A stretch of 64,000 nt of DNA from a virus. The notes under the pieces were generated by a model. That model did no database searches and had not been told where the DNA came from. It saw only the letters and a program-made list of their open reading frames with translations. The DNA is taken from IMG/VR virus record IMGVR_UViG_3300042894_007649, positions 1-64,000 of that record, one strand, 5' to 3'. Below, in pieces: positions 27,670 to 37,378 of this stretch. Positions within the stretch are counted from its first letter, which is position 1; each line of letters begins with the position of its first letter. Made by a program: the position numbers and the translations under genes.

Positions 27670-28797
27670 TTAGTTGATTTTCAGGTTAATCAATTCCCAA
27701 GGGAACTGATCTCTTCCGAAGTGACCTCCTGTTGCCGTAGCCGAGTAGATAGGACGGCGAAGTTGGAATCGTTCGATAATGGCCTTGGGGCTGAGTGGCA
27801 CATTATTTTGAACTAGTTTGGTCAATTTGGCATCGTCTCCTGTTCCGAAGGTTTGGACACGGACTGAGACTGGTTCTGCCACTCCGATTGCGTAAGATAT
27901 TTGGACTTGGCATCTTGTTGCAAGTCCTTGAGCGACGATATTTTTAGCCACATGACGTGCTGCGTAGGCTGCACTACGGTCAACCTTGGTTGGATCTTTA
28001 CCGCTGAAGCTACCTCCTCCAATTGGGCAATCTGCGCCGTAGTTATCGACTACGATTTTTCTGCCGCTTAGTCCTGTATCGGCTCCGGGTCCTCCGAATG
28101 TCCAAAGGCCTGCTGGGTTGTAAAGCCACTTCGTATTATTGGTGATATACCTTTCATATAATCCAGCAATCGAGGGACGAACTATTTTGTGCAAATAATC
28201 TTTTAGTTCAGAAAGATTATTGAATGTTTCTTCTTTGTGTTGTGTTGAAACAAGCACTGTGTCGATGTATTTTGGTGTTCCGTTGTCATTATAGGCGATT
28301 GTCACCTGTGATTTTGCATCTGGAAGTAAGGCAGAGTCAGATGAAGTCCTATCTGTTTCAAGTGCATTGATAGCCTTGAATGAAAGGTGGTGAGCGAGAG
28401 GCATGAGAGAAGTTGTTTCATCACATGCAAATCCGAACATAATTCCTTGGTCACCTGCACCGATATCGCCATTTTCTTTGGCTACGGCGTTGGCGATTTG
28501 ATCTGATTGGGTGTTGATGAGATTAAGCACTTTGACGGTGTTACCGTCATAGCTTGTATCAGGATGATTGTATCCGATTTCTTTGATCTTATTGCGGACG
28601 ATAGAGTCGATATCAACAGACTTGCTGCTGCTTACTTCTCCAGTGACGAGAACGACTTTCTTACAGCATGTCACTTCACATGCGACACGTTGTGTTGGGT
28701 CAACTGTAAGGTATGCATCGAGAACTGAGTCTGCGATCTGATCAGCGACTTTGTCTGGATGGCCTTTAGAAACTGCTTCGCTTGTCCAGAGATACAT
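27670..28797 (-). CDS. metK: S-adenosylmethionine synthetase
   Basis: TSEAVSKGHPDK, GAGDQG, GGGSFSGKDPTKVDRSAAY; terminator at 27624-27657. Confidence 0.97.
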   Translation of the reverse strand: MYLWTSEAVSKGHPDKVADQIADSVLDAYLTVDPTQRVACEVTCCKKVVLVTGEVSSSKSVDIDSIVRNKIKEIGYNHPDTSYDGNTVKVLNLINTQSDQIANAVAKENGDIGAGDQGIMFGFACDETTSLMPLAHHLSFKAINALETDRTSSDSALLPDAKSQVTIAYNDNGTPKYIDTVLVSTQHKEETFNNLSELKDYLHKIVRPSIAGLYERYITNNTKWLYNPAGLWTFGGPGADTGLSGRKIVVDNYGADCPIGGGSFSGKDPTKVDRSAAYAARHVAKNIVAQGLATRCQVQISYAIGVAEPVSVRVQTFGTGDDAKLTKLVQNNVPLSPKAIIERFQLRRPIYSATATGGHFGRDQFPWELINLKIN

Positions 28798-28853
28798 GAT
28801 GTTACCCTCTTTTTGCGTCAGTTGATGACGTGCTTCTAAAAATGAACACTCAT

Positions 28854-28882
28854 ACCATAGATTAGTTTTTCTTGATTGTAAA
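28854..28882 (-). promoter_or_regulatory. sigma70-like promoter of metK
   Basis: TTTACA-N17-TATGGT; the same TTTACA-N17-TATAAA lies upstream of the 36121 gene. Confidence 0.55.
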
Positions 28883-28943
28883 GAAAAAATGTTTGGATTT
28901 ATCTTTTTTTTTAAGTTTGTGTTTTTGGGTTCATAAATAGGTT

Positions 28944-29102
28944 ATGGGAAGTGATAAGGAAAAAGTAAAAATTCAATCTGTGAGTTGGTTGTTGGTATTT
29001 TTTTTAACACAAATAGCTAGCACCGTTATTCAATATATTACTATTTATTTTTTAAGACCCATTTGGGATAATATTGTTAATTCTTGGGTTAAAAAGAAAT
29101 AA
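28944..29102 (+). CDS. 52-aa membrane peptide
   Basis: TAAATA-N4-ATG; one hydrophobic segment, basic tail; not in the ORF track. Confidence 0.6.
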   Translation: MGSDKEKVKIQSVSWLLVFFLTQIASTVIQYITIYFLRPIWDNIVNSWVKKK

Positions 29103-29144
29103 TTATATTTATAATGGTTAGTTTTTGATTAAAGGGAAAATTTA

Positions 29145-29786
29145 ATGTCAAACTATGAATCTTTGACTGCTAAAATTAAAGAATTATACAATGATCTTAA
29201 TCAGGCAAGTATGTCTGAGAAGTTGCCTCCTAGTTATCGAAGCTTGCAAAACAGTATAGGTGATTTTATTCATGGTCGTGGAGAATTTAAAGCAGTAACA
29301 CAGGATGATGCTGTTGGTGCAGGTGGTGCATTTAGTTTTGATGCTTTCAATAGGGGTGAATCTGGTCGAAAGTCTGTTCCAACATTTGTTAGACCAACTG
29401 CAATTGGAAAGTTTGGCACATCGTCGGATAGTTTTGAAATCAAAGAACCAAAAGAGGTTCGTCCAAAGGTTGTGAAGAAAAAAAATGCATCTGGTGAGAT
29501 TGATCCTGCTGATCCTGCTGACATTTATGCTAATGTATCAAGTAAAGCGAACAATAGGCTTCAAGGTGAAGTTTATGGTCGTAGCGGCACAGGTGAAGAT
29601 GGAGACTTTACTAAATTTGAAAATCCAACTGCTGCGAGAGAATATTTTATGCAGCATTTTTCAGGAAAGTCAGCAGACCATCTTCATTTTGCACGATTTT
29701 TGAGGGCATTCAAGCATAGGGAAAGAAATATGCAAGAATCGTTCATTGAAACATTGTGCAGATACAATAAAAAACATTGGTTATAA
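29145..29786 (+). CDS. hypothetical protein
   Basis: 213-aa ORF with AAGGGA SD. Confidence 0.7.
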   Translation: MSNYESLTAKIKELYNDLNQASMSEKLPPSYRSLQNSIGDFIHGRGEFKAVTQDDAVGAGGAFSFDAFNRGESGRKSVPTFVRPTAIGKFGTSSDSFEIKEPKEVRPKVVKKKNASGEIDPADPADIYANVSSKANNRLQGEVYGRSGTGEDGDFTKFENPTAAREYFMQHFSGKSADHLHFARFLRAFKHRERNMQESFIETLCRYNKKHWL

Positions 29787-30401
29787 TACTTCGGCAATTT
29801 CTTCTGGTTTTAAAGAAGTGGCAATTCTTGCTATTTTGACGAGATCGATTCGATCATTTTCTGGGCTATCGTAGTAAGTACGATGTGCTGCATTAGCTGC
29901 AAACATATTGGCATCTACTGTTATTGCCATGATACAAGATATAGCTGGACCAACGTATCCATCTTCTTCTTTTGTTGATACAATTTCAATTTTTTCAAGT
30001 TGTTGTCGCACAAGATCGGCTGTTTCTTTTGTTTTATTGTTTCCGAGCAAATAGTTTTTGGCCCACATTTTGAATGCTGTGTTATTGACTAAATGTGTGG
30101 CACATAATATAGCAAATGATATTCTTTGTTCATTTGTTGGTGCTTTTACATCTAATTTTTCGATAGAGGTAATTTTTCGACATTCGTAGCGAAGTCCGAA
30201 ATTATTGGTTATTTCACCTTCAGCTGTCCAAATGCATGGGTTGTTATATCCTTCGTATGCTGGATTAAGTAGGTGTGCCAATATTGGATCAGTATAAGTG
30301 CTGAATAAATAATTTGGGTTATTTTGTTCATGGGTTATATTTTCGCTCCATTGGATATTGCCCCATGTTTTGTTTTCACCATCAGTAATTAGGTATTGCA
30401 T
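29781..30401 (-). CDS. hypothetical protein
   Basis: Start probably MQYLIT at 30401, after GGAG. Confidence 0.7.
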   Translation of the reverse strand: MQYLITDGENKTWGNIQWSENITHEQNNPNYLFSTYTDPILAHLLNPAYEGYNNPCIWTAEGEITNNFGLRYECRKITSIEKLDVKAPTNEQRISFAILCATHLVNNTAFKMWAKNYLLGNNKTKETADLVRQQLEKIEIVSTKEEDGYVGPAISCIMAITVDANMFAANAAHRTYYDSPENDRIDLVKIARIATSLKPEEIAEVL

Positions 30402-31017
30402 GTTATTCTCCAAAACAATTAGAGTTATATTTTTTACAGTTTCATTTTTATTTGTTTTAGTATGTTACAAAAATTTCCAAACAATTCATCCGTCTTATTT
30501 TATGAATAATTTTATGGATTTATTACAACAGCCTGATGATATAACTTGCGGTCCAACTTCAGCTGTTATGTTGATGAGATTTTATGGTATTAATTCTAGT
30601 ATTAGTGATGTTAAGAAAAACACTAGAACTGTTTGGTATTCTTATGATGGCAAAGACATTGGCATGACAGCGCCTGAGATGATTAGAATTTCTTTGATTA
30701 GTTATGGATTGAATGCTAAGTTAAACACTGGAAACATGCGTGATTTGAAGAATAAAGTTTCTTTAGGAAAACCTTGTATTGTATTGGTTAGGAGTTGGGA
30801 GTGGGGTTGGCATTATGTGGTTGTATTTGGTTATGGTGATGGTGTTATTTATTTTGCCAATCCGAGTGATGGAGAAGTTGATGCTCTTTCTTACAATGAA
30901 TTTTTTAGAGCTTGGGATTGGGGTGGTGATTTGCAAGGAAGAAAGTGTAGTTGGTGGCAAGCTTTTTGGTTAAGGTCTATTGAAATTTATCCTTGTTCTT
31001 ATGTTTATATTGATTGA
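30400..31017 (+). CDS. C39-like cysteine peptidase
   Basis: QQPDDITCGPTS...WHYVVVFGY....YFANP; start uncertain. Confidence 0.8.
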   Translation: MLFSKTIRVIFFTVSFLFVLVCYKNFQTIHPSYFMNNFMDLLQQPDDITCGPTSAVMLMRFYGINSSISDVKKNTRTVWYSYDGKDIGMTAPEMIRISLISYGLNAKLNTGNMRDLKNKVSLGKPCIVLVRSWEWGWHYVVVFGYGDGVIYFANPSDGEVDALSYNEFFRAWDWGGDLQGRKCSWWQAFWLRSIEIYPCSYVYID

Positions 31018-31052
31018 CATATATATAATTGTCAAATTTTTGAGGTAATCAG

Positions 31053-31973
31053 ATGAAATATTTGGCTGTTTTTCTTGTTGTTATTTTTGCTGTTATTTTT
31101 TTCTGGCCACAGTCGCCAGAAAAAGAAAAATTGGTTGAAAGAACATTTGAAGTATCGGATTTTAAAATATCAGATTCCAGTTGGAAAAAGTACAATCCTT
31201 TAAGAGAAGTTAGAGATCCTGCTCTTGGTGTTATTCTTGGTGACTTGGAGAGTCACATTGCGAAGGAACACAAATATTTTGATACAAATAAAATCACTTG
31301 GGCGCATCAAGTGTCTCATGGAATAAATGCAAATTTAAGAAATAGAATTCAGGACAAAGAATTGTGCAATTGTTTTTATGTTTTGCGTGATCGATACATT
31401 AGTTTGCGTGAGCCTAATATTTCTATTAGAGACATTGCTTTAGAGGTTCCTGAAAAATTGCGTGGTCCTAGTTTTAACATGTATTTAGTTGATTCAATGG
31501 ACAGATGGAATGATAAGCCTCTTTATATTTTTGATGAATGGGTTGCATTTACTAATGGTGCTGAAGTTGGCAAGGAGTTAAATTTTGAAGGTTGGTATTT
31601 TGAGTTATTTCAAGCTCATAATTTCAATGTTTACTGTTTGTATTTAGCTATGGTTGTGAATAGGGATGTTAGCAATTACAATGATATGGAAATGAAAAAG
31701 TTTTTACGCTGGAATATTGAGCGTGTTTTTATGATAAGTAATCCTAGTGATAGAGATGAAATTGACAAAGATATTTTGAAAAAAACAGTAAGCTTTAACA
31801 GTAATCATTTTTGTCCGCATTGTAGAATTGATGGATCTGGTTCTAAGTTCGATTTAAATCGCAGCAAAGAATACGTCAAAATGATTCGCAATTCTCCAGA
31901 AGCTGAAAAGCTACGACAATTTGCAAAAGAATATTTTGGTGAAGATTGGTGTAAAAAGACATATGGTTTTTAA
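31053..31973 (+). CDS. exported or membrane-anchored protein, degenerate zincin motif
   Basis: N-terminal signal/TM; ITWAHQVSHGIN, YIFDEW. Confidence 0.7.
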   Translation: MKYLAVFLVVIFAVIFFWPQSPEKEKLVERTFEVSDFKISDSSWKKYNPLREVRDPALGVILGDLESHIAKEHKYFDTNKITWAHQVSHGINANLRNRIQDKELCNCFYVLRDRYISLREPNISIRDIALEVPEKLRGPSFNMYLVDSMDRWNDKPLYIFDEWVAFTNGAEVGKELNFEGWYFELFQAHNFNVYCLYLAMVVNRDVSNYNDMEMKKFLRWNIERVFMISNPSDRDEIDKDILKKTVSFNSNHFCPHCRIDGSGSKFDLNRSKEYVKMIRNSPEAEKLRQFAKEYFGEDWCKKTYGF

Positions 31974-31998
31974 TCATATTGACAAATTAATCATTATT

Positions 31999-33483
31999 TC
32001 ACTTTAATTTGATGATATTTTTACCGTCAAATTTCCATTCAGGTGTTCCATCTGAACCGTAGAACATATGATCACTCTTATTGTAATAGTTGGTGGTAGG
32101 AAGGTTTCCGCCAAACTGAGAAGTATCTGTTCCATGAGGTAAAGAACTCATTTTCAGGCTATGATTATTTCCTCCAAAAGCACGTTTGATTGCACTGAAT
32201 AAACTTCTTGTTTCAGCTTTGTCTTGGAGGTCGGCAAGTGATCTTCCAAATCTATCATAACCAGTTGGTCTGTCGGCAGCATTTTTAATTTCATCGGCAA
32301 GTCTTTGCTTATCAATATCACTATCAGGAATGAACTTATGACGGTGATCTATTGGAGGTTCGTTTCCAGTTTCATTGTCTATTCTTCCAGATTGAAAACC
32401 ATGAACTGGTCCCGGTGATGGTGGTCCTTCTTGTGCTTGGTCAAAGTCGCCAGATGATTCGCTACCATCTGAAAAGTCGCCTGATCCTTTTTCAAGAGCT
32501 ATATTGCTAACAGTGTTATGAATTTCTTCTGCTGGCACATTTGCAATTACTGATGCTATTTTATCTGATACAGCTTGAACAAGATCATGGGAAATTTTTC
32601 CAACAAAGCCACCTGTGGCCATAGACACTCCAACTATTGCGGCCATTTTAACTGCTTCTCGTGGATTTTTAGTTATAAATTGAAAAATTTCACCAATACG
32701 ATCTTTAAGTGCAACTAAAAGATTTTTGAAGAAACCATAAACGCCGCCAGTCATTCTTCCTAAGAATTTACCAGCACCTTCCCAACTTTCATCTATTTCA
32801 AGCCATTCTTTAAAAGAAATATGTTCTATTTCTAGTTTTTGATTAGAAAAAGTAGTTCCTGTTAAGTTTTTTCCATATCCAGTTGTTGCTGCAAAATTAT
32901 CAACACTTACAGGTTTTTGAGGAAATGTTTTAACTTGAGTTGGACTAGCCATTGGACTTGGACTAGCCATTGGACTTGGACTAGCCATTGGACTTGGAGT
33001 TCCAGTTACTGGAGTTGGACCCGCCATTGGAGTTGTTGGAGGTGTTTTTTGATTAGCGGGAATATTAGCATTTTTATTATTTCCTGCTGCTAGATCAAAA
33101 GACATGTCAACTAATCCTCCGACTCCTTTGCTAATTGCTAGATTTAAATATTTTCTAGAAAAATACATAGCTGCTATCATTGGCATAGCGGAAGCGCCGC
33201 CAGAAGCTCCTGCCATAACTAGAGCCAATGTTACAGGCAAAGACAATCCAGTATTTTTGCTTAAATAATCAGCTAAACCTTTTGTTTTTTGTATTAATAA
33301 TTGAGCAGCACCTTCTAAATGATCAAAACTTTTTCCTCCAAATTCAGATCCTTGATCGAAACCTTGTCCAAATCCAGTAAAAAATTTAGAAAAAGATTCA
33401 TCATACATTTCTTCAAAATCATCTGAAATATTTCTTTTATAATATAAGTCTAATGTATCCATACAATTATTTATAGATGCCAT
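31999..33483 (-). CDS. membrane-helix protein, paralog of 19239..20576
   Basis: Shared hydrophobic blocks; PSPMAS x3 repeat; internal ISFKEWLEIDE. Confidence 0.75.
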   Translation of the reverse strand: MASINNCMDTLDLYYKRNISDDFEEMYDESFSKFFTGFGQGFDQGSEFGGKSFDHLEGAAQLLIQKTKGLADYLSKNTGLSLPVTLALVMAGASGGASAMPMIAAMYFSRKYLNLAISKGVGGLVDMSFDLAAGNNKNANIPANQKTPPTTPMAGPTPVTGTPSPMASPSPMASPSPMASPTQVKTFPQKPVSVDNFAATTGYGKNLTGTTFSNQKLEIEHISFKEWLEIDESWEGAGKFLGRMTGGVYGFFKNLLVALKDRIGEIFQFITKNPREAVKMAAIVGVSMATGGFVGKISHDLVQAVSDKIASVIANVPAEEIHNTVSNIALEKGSGDFSDGSESSGDFDQAQEGPPSPGPVHGFQSGRIDNETGNEPPIDHRHKFIPDSDIDKQRLADEIKNAADRPTGYDRFGRSLADLQDKAETRSLFSAIKRAFGGNNHSLKMSSLPHGTDTSQFGGNLPTTNYYNKSDHMFYGSDGTPEWKFDGKNIIKLK

Positions 33484-33529
33484 TAAACTTTTAACAAAGA
33501 AAATTGTTTTTTAATATGCTATTTTTTCA

Positions 33530-34450
33530 ATGGATTTATTCACCATGAAAGTGCTTTATATTTTAAATGAGTCTTCATTTTATATGAAAATGGCACTTTT
33601 CAGCATTTCCACCTTGAGAAAATATAATGACAGCATTCCAATAGAAGTTCTTTATATTTGCGATAATGGAAGAGACAATCGTTCAATTGGATATCTTAAT
33701 TATTCTGAATTCAATATTGAAAGTTTAGATAAAATTTCATTTTTCAAAAAATGCAAAAAATTTAATGTTAAATTAATTGTTGTTGATGATATTGATCTCC
33801 ATGATGAAAATGGATATCATCCAGTTCAAAGAAAAGAATTTGTTAGGATTGCAGATGATAAGATACTTTTATTAGATGCTGATACATTTATTTTTGGTGA
33901 TGTATCATGCATGTTTGATTCTTTAAATAATTATGACATGGTGATGGACAAGAATGAATGGGGTCATTTTGGTGGCAAGTTCCCTTATCATGGACAAATG
34001 ATAAGTCCATTTAATTCTGGTGTCGTTTTATTTAACAATGGTATATTACAAGAATATGGCCGTCAGGTTTACGATCTTTCTATGAAAGTGAAAGGAAACG
34101 ATCATCCAGTTGGTAATTGGCTGGATAAATATCAAAAATATGAGGGATCAAAAGGAAAGTTAGGTCGTGAAGAAATTGCATTTACATTATTTGTTTATGA
34201 CAATAAAATTAATTTTCGCTATTCAAATCCAAAAGAAATACAAACTTCAAAATGCTTTTGTAAGACAATGATACATCATACTCATACTCAAAATTACATT
34301 AAGTATTGGAGAAAATATTTCAAGAGTGGTGTATTCAAACCTTATTTGAATTTAAAATATAAATTATTTTCTCAGAAAGGTAAATATACTAGAAGATCAA
34401 CAATTAATGGGCTAAAAAATGAAAAAGAAAAAATTAAAGATGTATCCTGA
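33530..34450 (+). CDS. GT-A fold glycosyltransferase
   Basis: LLLDADTF (DxD) and FNSGVVLF. Confidence 0.8.
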   Translation: MDLFTMKVLYILNESSFYMKMALFSISTLRKYNDSIPIEVLYICDNGRDNRSIGYLNYSEFNIESLDKISFFKKCKKFNVKLIVVDDIDLHDENGYHPVQRKEFVRIADDKILLLDADTFIFGDVSCMFDSLNNYDMVMDKNEWGHFGGKFPYHGQMISPFNSGVVLFNNGILQEYGRQVYDLSMKVKGNDHPVGNWLDKYQKYEGSKGKLGREEIAFTLFVYDNKINFRYSNPKEIQTSKCFCKTMIHHTHTQNYIKYWRKYFKSGVFKPYLNLKYKLFSQKGKYTRRSTINGLKNEKEKIKDVS

Positions 34451-34580
34451 CAAGACTATTCCGATGAAATTTCATGATCCTGTTGCTCCCATGCCAATGT
34501 GTGGAGAGGGTTACATTGGCTTTCAAGAATGGTTAATTAAAAAAGAAAAGAAACATTCCGCTAAAAAGAAAAGACATTGA
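34419..34580 (+). CDS. 53-aa basic peptide with internal FQEWL motif
   Basis: MKKKKLK...IGFQEWLIKKEKKHSAKKKRH; followed by a hairpin at 34587-34617. Confidence 0.5.
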   Translation: MKKKKLKMYPDKTIPMKFHDPVAPMPMCGEGYIGFQEWLIKKEKKHSAKKKRH

Positions 34581-34616
34581 GGAGCAAACTAAGCACATCG
34601 GTCGATGTGCGTTAGT

Positions 34617-36068
34617 TTAATATTGACTGTTTAATTGTTTAAGATAGTTTTTATTTATTTCTTCATCAGAAAGAATAGGTTCTGATACTTTTTCACTTAT
34701 GGCTTTAAGTTTTTCTCCTGCATTTTTGATTAATGCTGTTAGTCCAAAGTGTTTTGGTTCCAATTCAATTAGTTCATTGTATGTGACCCATCTATCTTTT
34801 CCTGTTGTTTCCCATTCACTATCTTTTTGTGCTTGCGGGTTAAATTCTTCCCTTACAATTCCAAGGAAATTATAATAGTGAAAATCACAAACATCGTCTT
34901 TGTATATGAATAAATTTTCTAATTTAATTGAACCAGAAAAACCTGACTCTTCTTCTAATTCTTTTGTTGCATGAATTTTAAATGCTTCTGGTGTTTGAAG
35001 AAGTTCTTCGTGAGATTTAATTCCAAAATTGACCAAATCTCTAAACAATATACCTCCTCCAAATATTCCATATGTATTTGGTTGCATAACTTGTGCGCTT
35101 CTGAGATTTGGAAGAAATCTTTTTGTTTTTTCGCAAAAAGGCAAAATGCCTGCTCCAGAAATTCCCCAATATTTTCTTTTGCATTCTTCTGGTATTTCTT
35201 TTATTTCTTTTGGTATAGTTTCATCAACCCAATCATCACCCTTTAGAACAAGTATTTGTTTTACTTTTAGCGGTTTTTCTCCTGTATATTTAATGGTTAA
35301 ACTTTTTTTGCCGTAGTTTGTATTAAACCACCAAGCCTCTAGTTTATGGTGCAATGTTGGATTTGCGTCTTGATGCAATTGATAAAGACGGGAAATATTA
35401 GGAGCCCCATCCATATCTGCATCTCCTTCAAGACCAATTCTCAATTTTGGTATTCTTTGCTTATTTTCTGGATCATCAGTAATTGGATTAAAAGATACTT
35501 GTTTATCATCAAAAGTTGGATTTGATAAATCGTATCCTTGTATGGTGCCTTGGCGTTTAACTTTCATATCACGAAGAACATCATCAGTTCTAAAATCTCT
35601 TTGAAAGTATTCTTTTGTTTTTGGTTTATAATAAGCTTTTCCTAGTTTTTTTAGTTTTTCTATATTACCGGGATGTTTTATCAATTGGATAATTGGACTT
35701 TGTGCATTTTTTTCAGAGGAAACTTTTTCAATTTCGATATCATAATCCCATTCATTAAAATCAATTTGTGGAACTTCAACCACTACTACCATTGGACTTC
35801 CATCACTTGATCCAGATATCGCCATATCTCTGTGACTTCTACCTTTTGCGTGTTTTTTTGCATCATCAATTCCATTTGGATCAGTCCTGACAAAAAATCC
35901 TCCTCCTTGTCCATGTCCATGTCCTAAAGGAAGTGCTCCATCTCTCTGAAACGATTTAAGGTATGAGTCCTTTGGACCAGTTGTTGCTCCGTGGTATAAC
36001 AGGAATGGTCCTTGAACAATAGATGTAAGTTCTTCTGCAAATAACCATTCACGAAATGAAATATTCAT
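34617..36068 (-). CDS. ART-like domain fused to Nudix hydrolase
   Basis: Start MNISFREWLFAEE (late box 5 nt upstream); LYHG..GQGGGFFV; C-terminal GAGIL...FGG...ATKELEEESG. Confidence 0.7.
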   Translation of the reverse strand: MNISFREWLFAEELTSIVQGPFLLYHGATTGPKDSYLKSFQRDGALPLGHGHGQGGGFFVRTDPNGIDDAKKHAKGRSHRDMAISGSSDGSPMVVVVEVPQIDFNEWDYDIEIEKVSSEKNAQSPIIQLIKHPGNIEKLKKLGKAYYKPKTKEYFQRDFRTDDVLRDMKVKRQGTIQGYDLSNPTFDDKQVSFNPITDDPENKQRIPKLRIGLEGDADMDGAPNISRLYQLHQDANPTLHHKLEAWWFNTNYGKKSLTIKYTGEKPLKVKQILVLKGDDWVDETIPKEIKEIPEECKRKYWGISGAGILPFCEKTKRFLPNLRSAQVMQPNTYGIFGGGILFRDLVNFGIKSHEELLQTPEAFKIHATKELEEESGFSGSIKLENLFIYKDDVCDFHYYNFLGIVREEFNPQAQKDSEWETTGKDRWVTYNELIELEPKHFGLTALIKNAGEKLKAISEKVSEPILSDEEINKNYLKQLNSQY

Positions 36069-36120
36069 AAACTTATTTAGAAACAAGTTTATGAATATTT
36101 TTATTTTTGGTTATGATTTA

Positions 36121-36420
36121 TTAACCAATGTGGAATTTTCGGTTAGCATATTCTTGTGCTTTTTCGATTTCGCCTTCACTCATAAATCGATTGAATTTCT
36201 TGCGTTGAAGAAGTTCAACAACTGCTTCGATTTCGGCAAGTGAGGCTGGTTTTGGGAAATAGATTTGATCTTCATCATTTTTCTTAGCAATGAAACAGAT
36301 GACTTGATCGACATCTGCGTCAATGATTTTAACTGTTTCCTCACCTAGACCAAAGCATTGATCAACTGCTTTGGTTTCGACGATTCTCTTTGGCTTGGGT
36401 GTCTTTGTGGCCTTGTTCAT
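36121..36420 (-). CDS. hypothetical protein
   Basis: sigma70-like promoter and AAGGA upstream. Confidence 0.65.
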   Translation of the reverse strand: MNKATKTPKPKRIVETKAVDQCFGLGEETVKIIDADVDQVICFIAKKNDEDQIYFPKPASLAEIEAVVELLQRKKFNRFMSEGEIEKAQEYANRKFHIG

Positions 36421-36499
36421 GGCTACCATTCCTTGTGTTGAGTGCAAGTTTCTTCACAAATTCTTTATACTCGAAAAAGAATGTTTTGTAAAGCCAATT

Positions 36500-37102
36500 T
36501 CAACTGAAACTATATGTTACACCCACATGAACTTTTAGTTCGGGGATTCCTATGTGAGTGCAGATTTTATGTTTTTTAGCTTCTTTTGCAGTAAGGAACC
36601 AATCGGCGTGACCTTTTTCGTGGATGATTTTGTTGAAATAATCATCTTTTTGGCAGCAATTTTGAGCGAAGATAGTAAAAATTAGCTTGTTGAGTCTTTC
36701 TAATTCTTTTGAAGTACTTTTGATTTCTTCTGTTTTGCCTGCTGTCCAAGTTGCCGCATCGTGGAGCATAAGTGTTGCGTTTTCGGCCATATATCTTGTT
36801 TGTCCCATTCCGAACAAGATAGCTCCTGCGCTCATTGCCTTTCCTGTTATAATTGTGTGGACTGGAAGTTCTGATTTTTTTAGATGGCTTATCATATCAA
36901 GACATCCGTATACGCTACCTCCATAGCTATCGATTAGAACTGGTATGAGTGGTTGTCCTGTGTGGTGTGCCTTTTCCATTTCTTCACGAAAGTTTTTGAC
37001 ACCTTCGTCATTAAAATTATTTACTACGACAATTACGGGTTGATCAAGTAGTTCGCTATGTTTGGCCCTGATAATTGGATCGACTGTTAATTTTTTATAC
37101 AT
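36500..37102 (-). CDS. clpP: ClpP-like protease
   Basis: IDSYGGSV, GKAMSAG (Ser), LMLHD (His), DWFLTAKEA. Confidence 0.9.
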   Translation of the reverse strand: MYKKLTVDPIIRAKHSELLDQPVIVVVNNFNDEGVKNFREEMEKAHHTGQPLIPVLIDSYGGSVYGCLDMISHLKKSELPVHTIITGKAMSAGAILFGMGQTRYMAENATLMLHDAATWTAGKTEEIKSTSKELERLNKLIFTIFAQNCCQKDDYFNKIIHEKGHADWFLTAKEAKKHKICTHIGIPELKVHVGVTYSFS

Positions 37103-37356
37103 TGTTTTTCCTGATATTTGATGAATTCTTGTCGAGCGTAATGGAGCAAATCGATTGCGATCATTTTTCGCTCAAAGAAACATTGTTCGTCAATATCATA
37201 GGAAATATTTTTTATTTTGTTTAATACTTTCAAAAATTCTTTATAATTACTTACTGTAAAGTTATCACCTTCATAGTTTATGTGAATGATGCCGTTTTCA
37301 TGATAAATTTTTGGCATGATTGATATTCCTGTGCTGATGATTTTAGATAGCAACAT
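37087..37356 (-). CDS. hypothetical protein
   Basis: ORF overlapping the clpP start; start uncertain. Confidence 0.5.
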   Translation of the reverse strand: MLLSKIISTGISIMPKIYHENGIIHINYEGDNFTVSNYKEFLKVLNKIKNISYDIDEQCFFERKMIAIDLLHYARQEFIKYQEKQCIKN

Positions 37357-37378
37357 ATTATGTTTTTTTTGAGGAAAA

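Noticed and set aside
30399-30402. Divergent genes sharing an overlapping CATG start
   Set aside because: The C39 peptidase start is uncertain (it could be ~30502), so the overlap cannot be supported.
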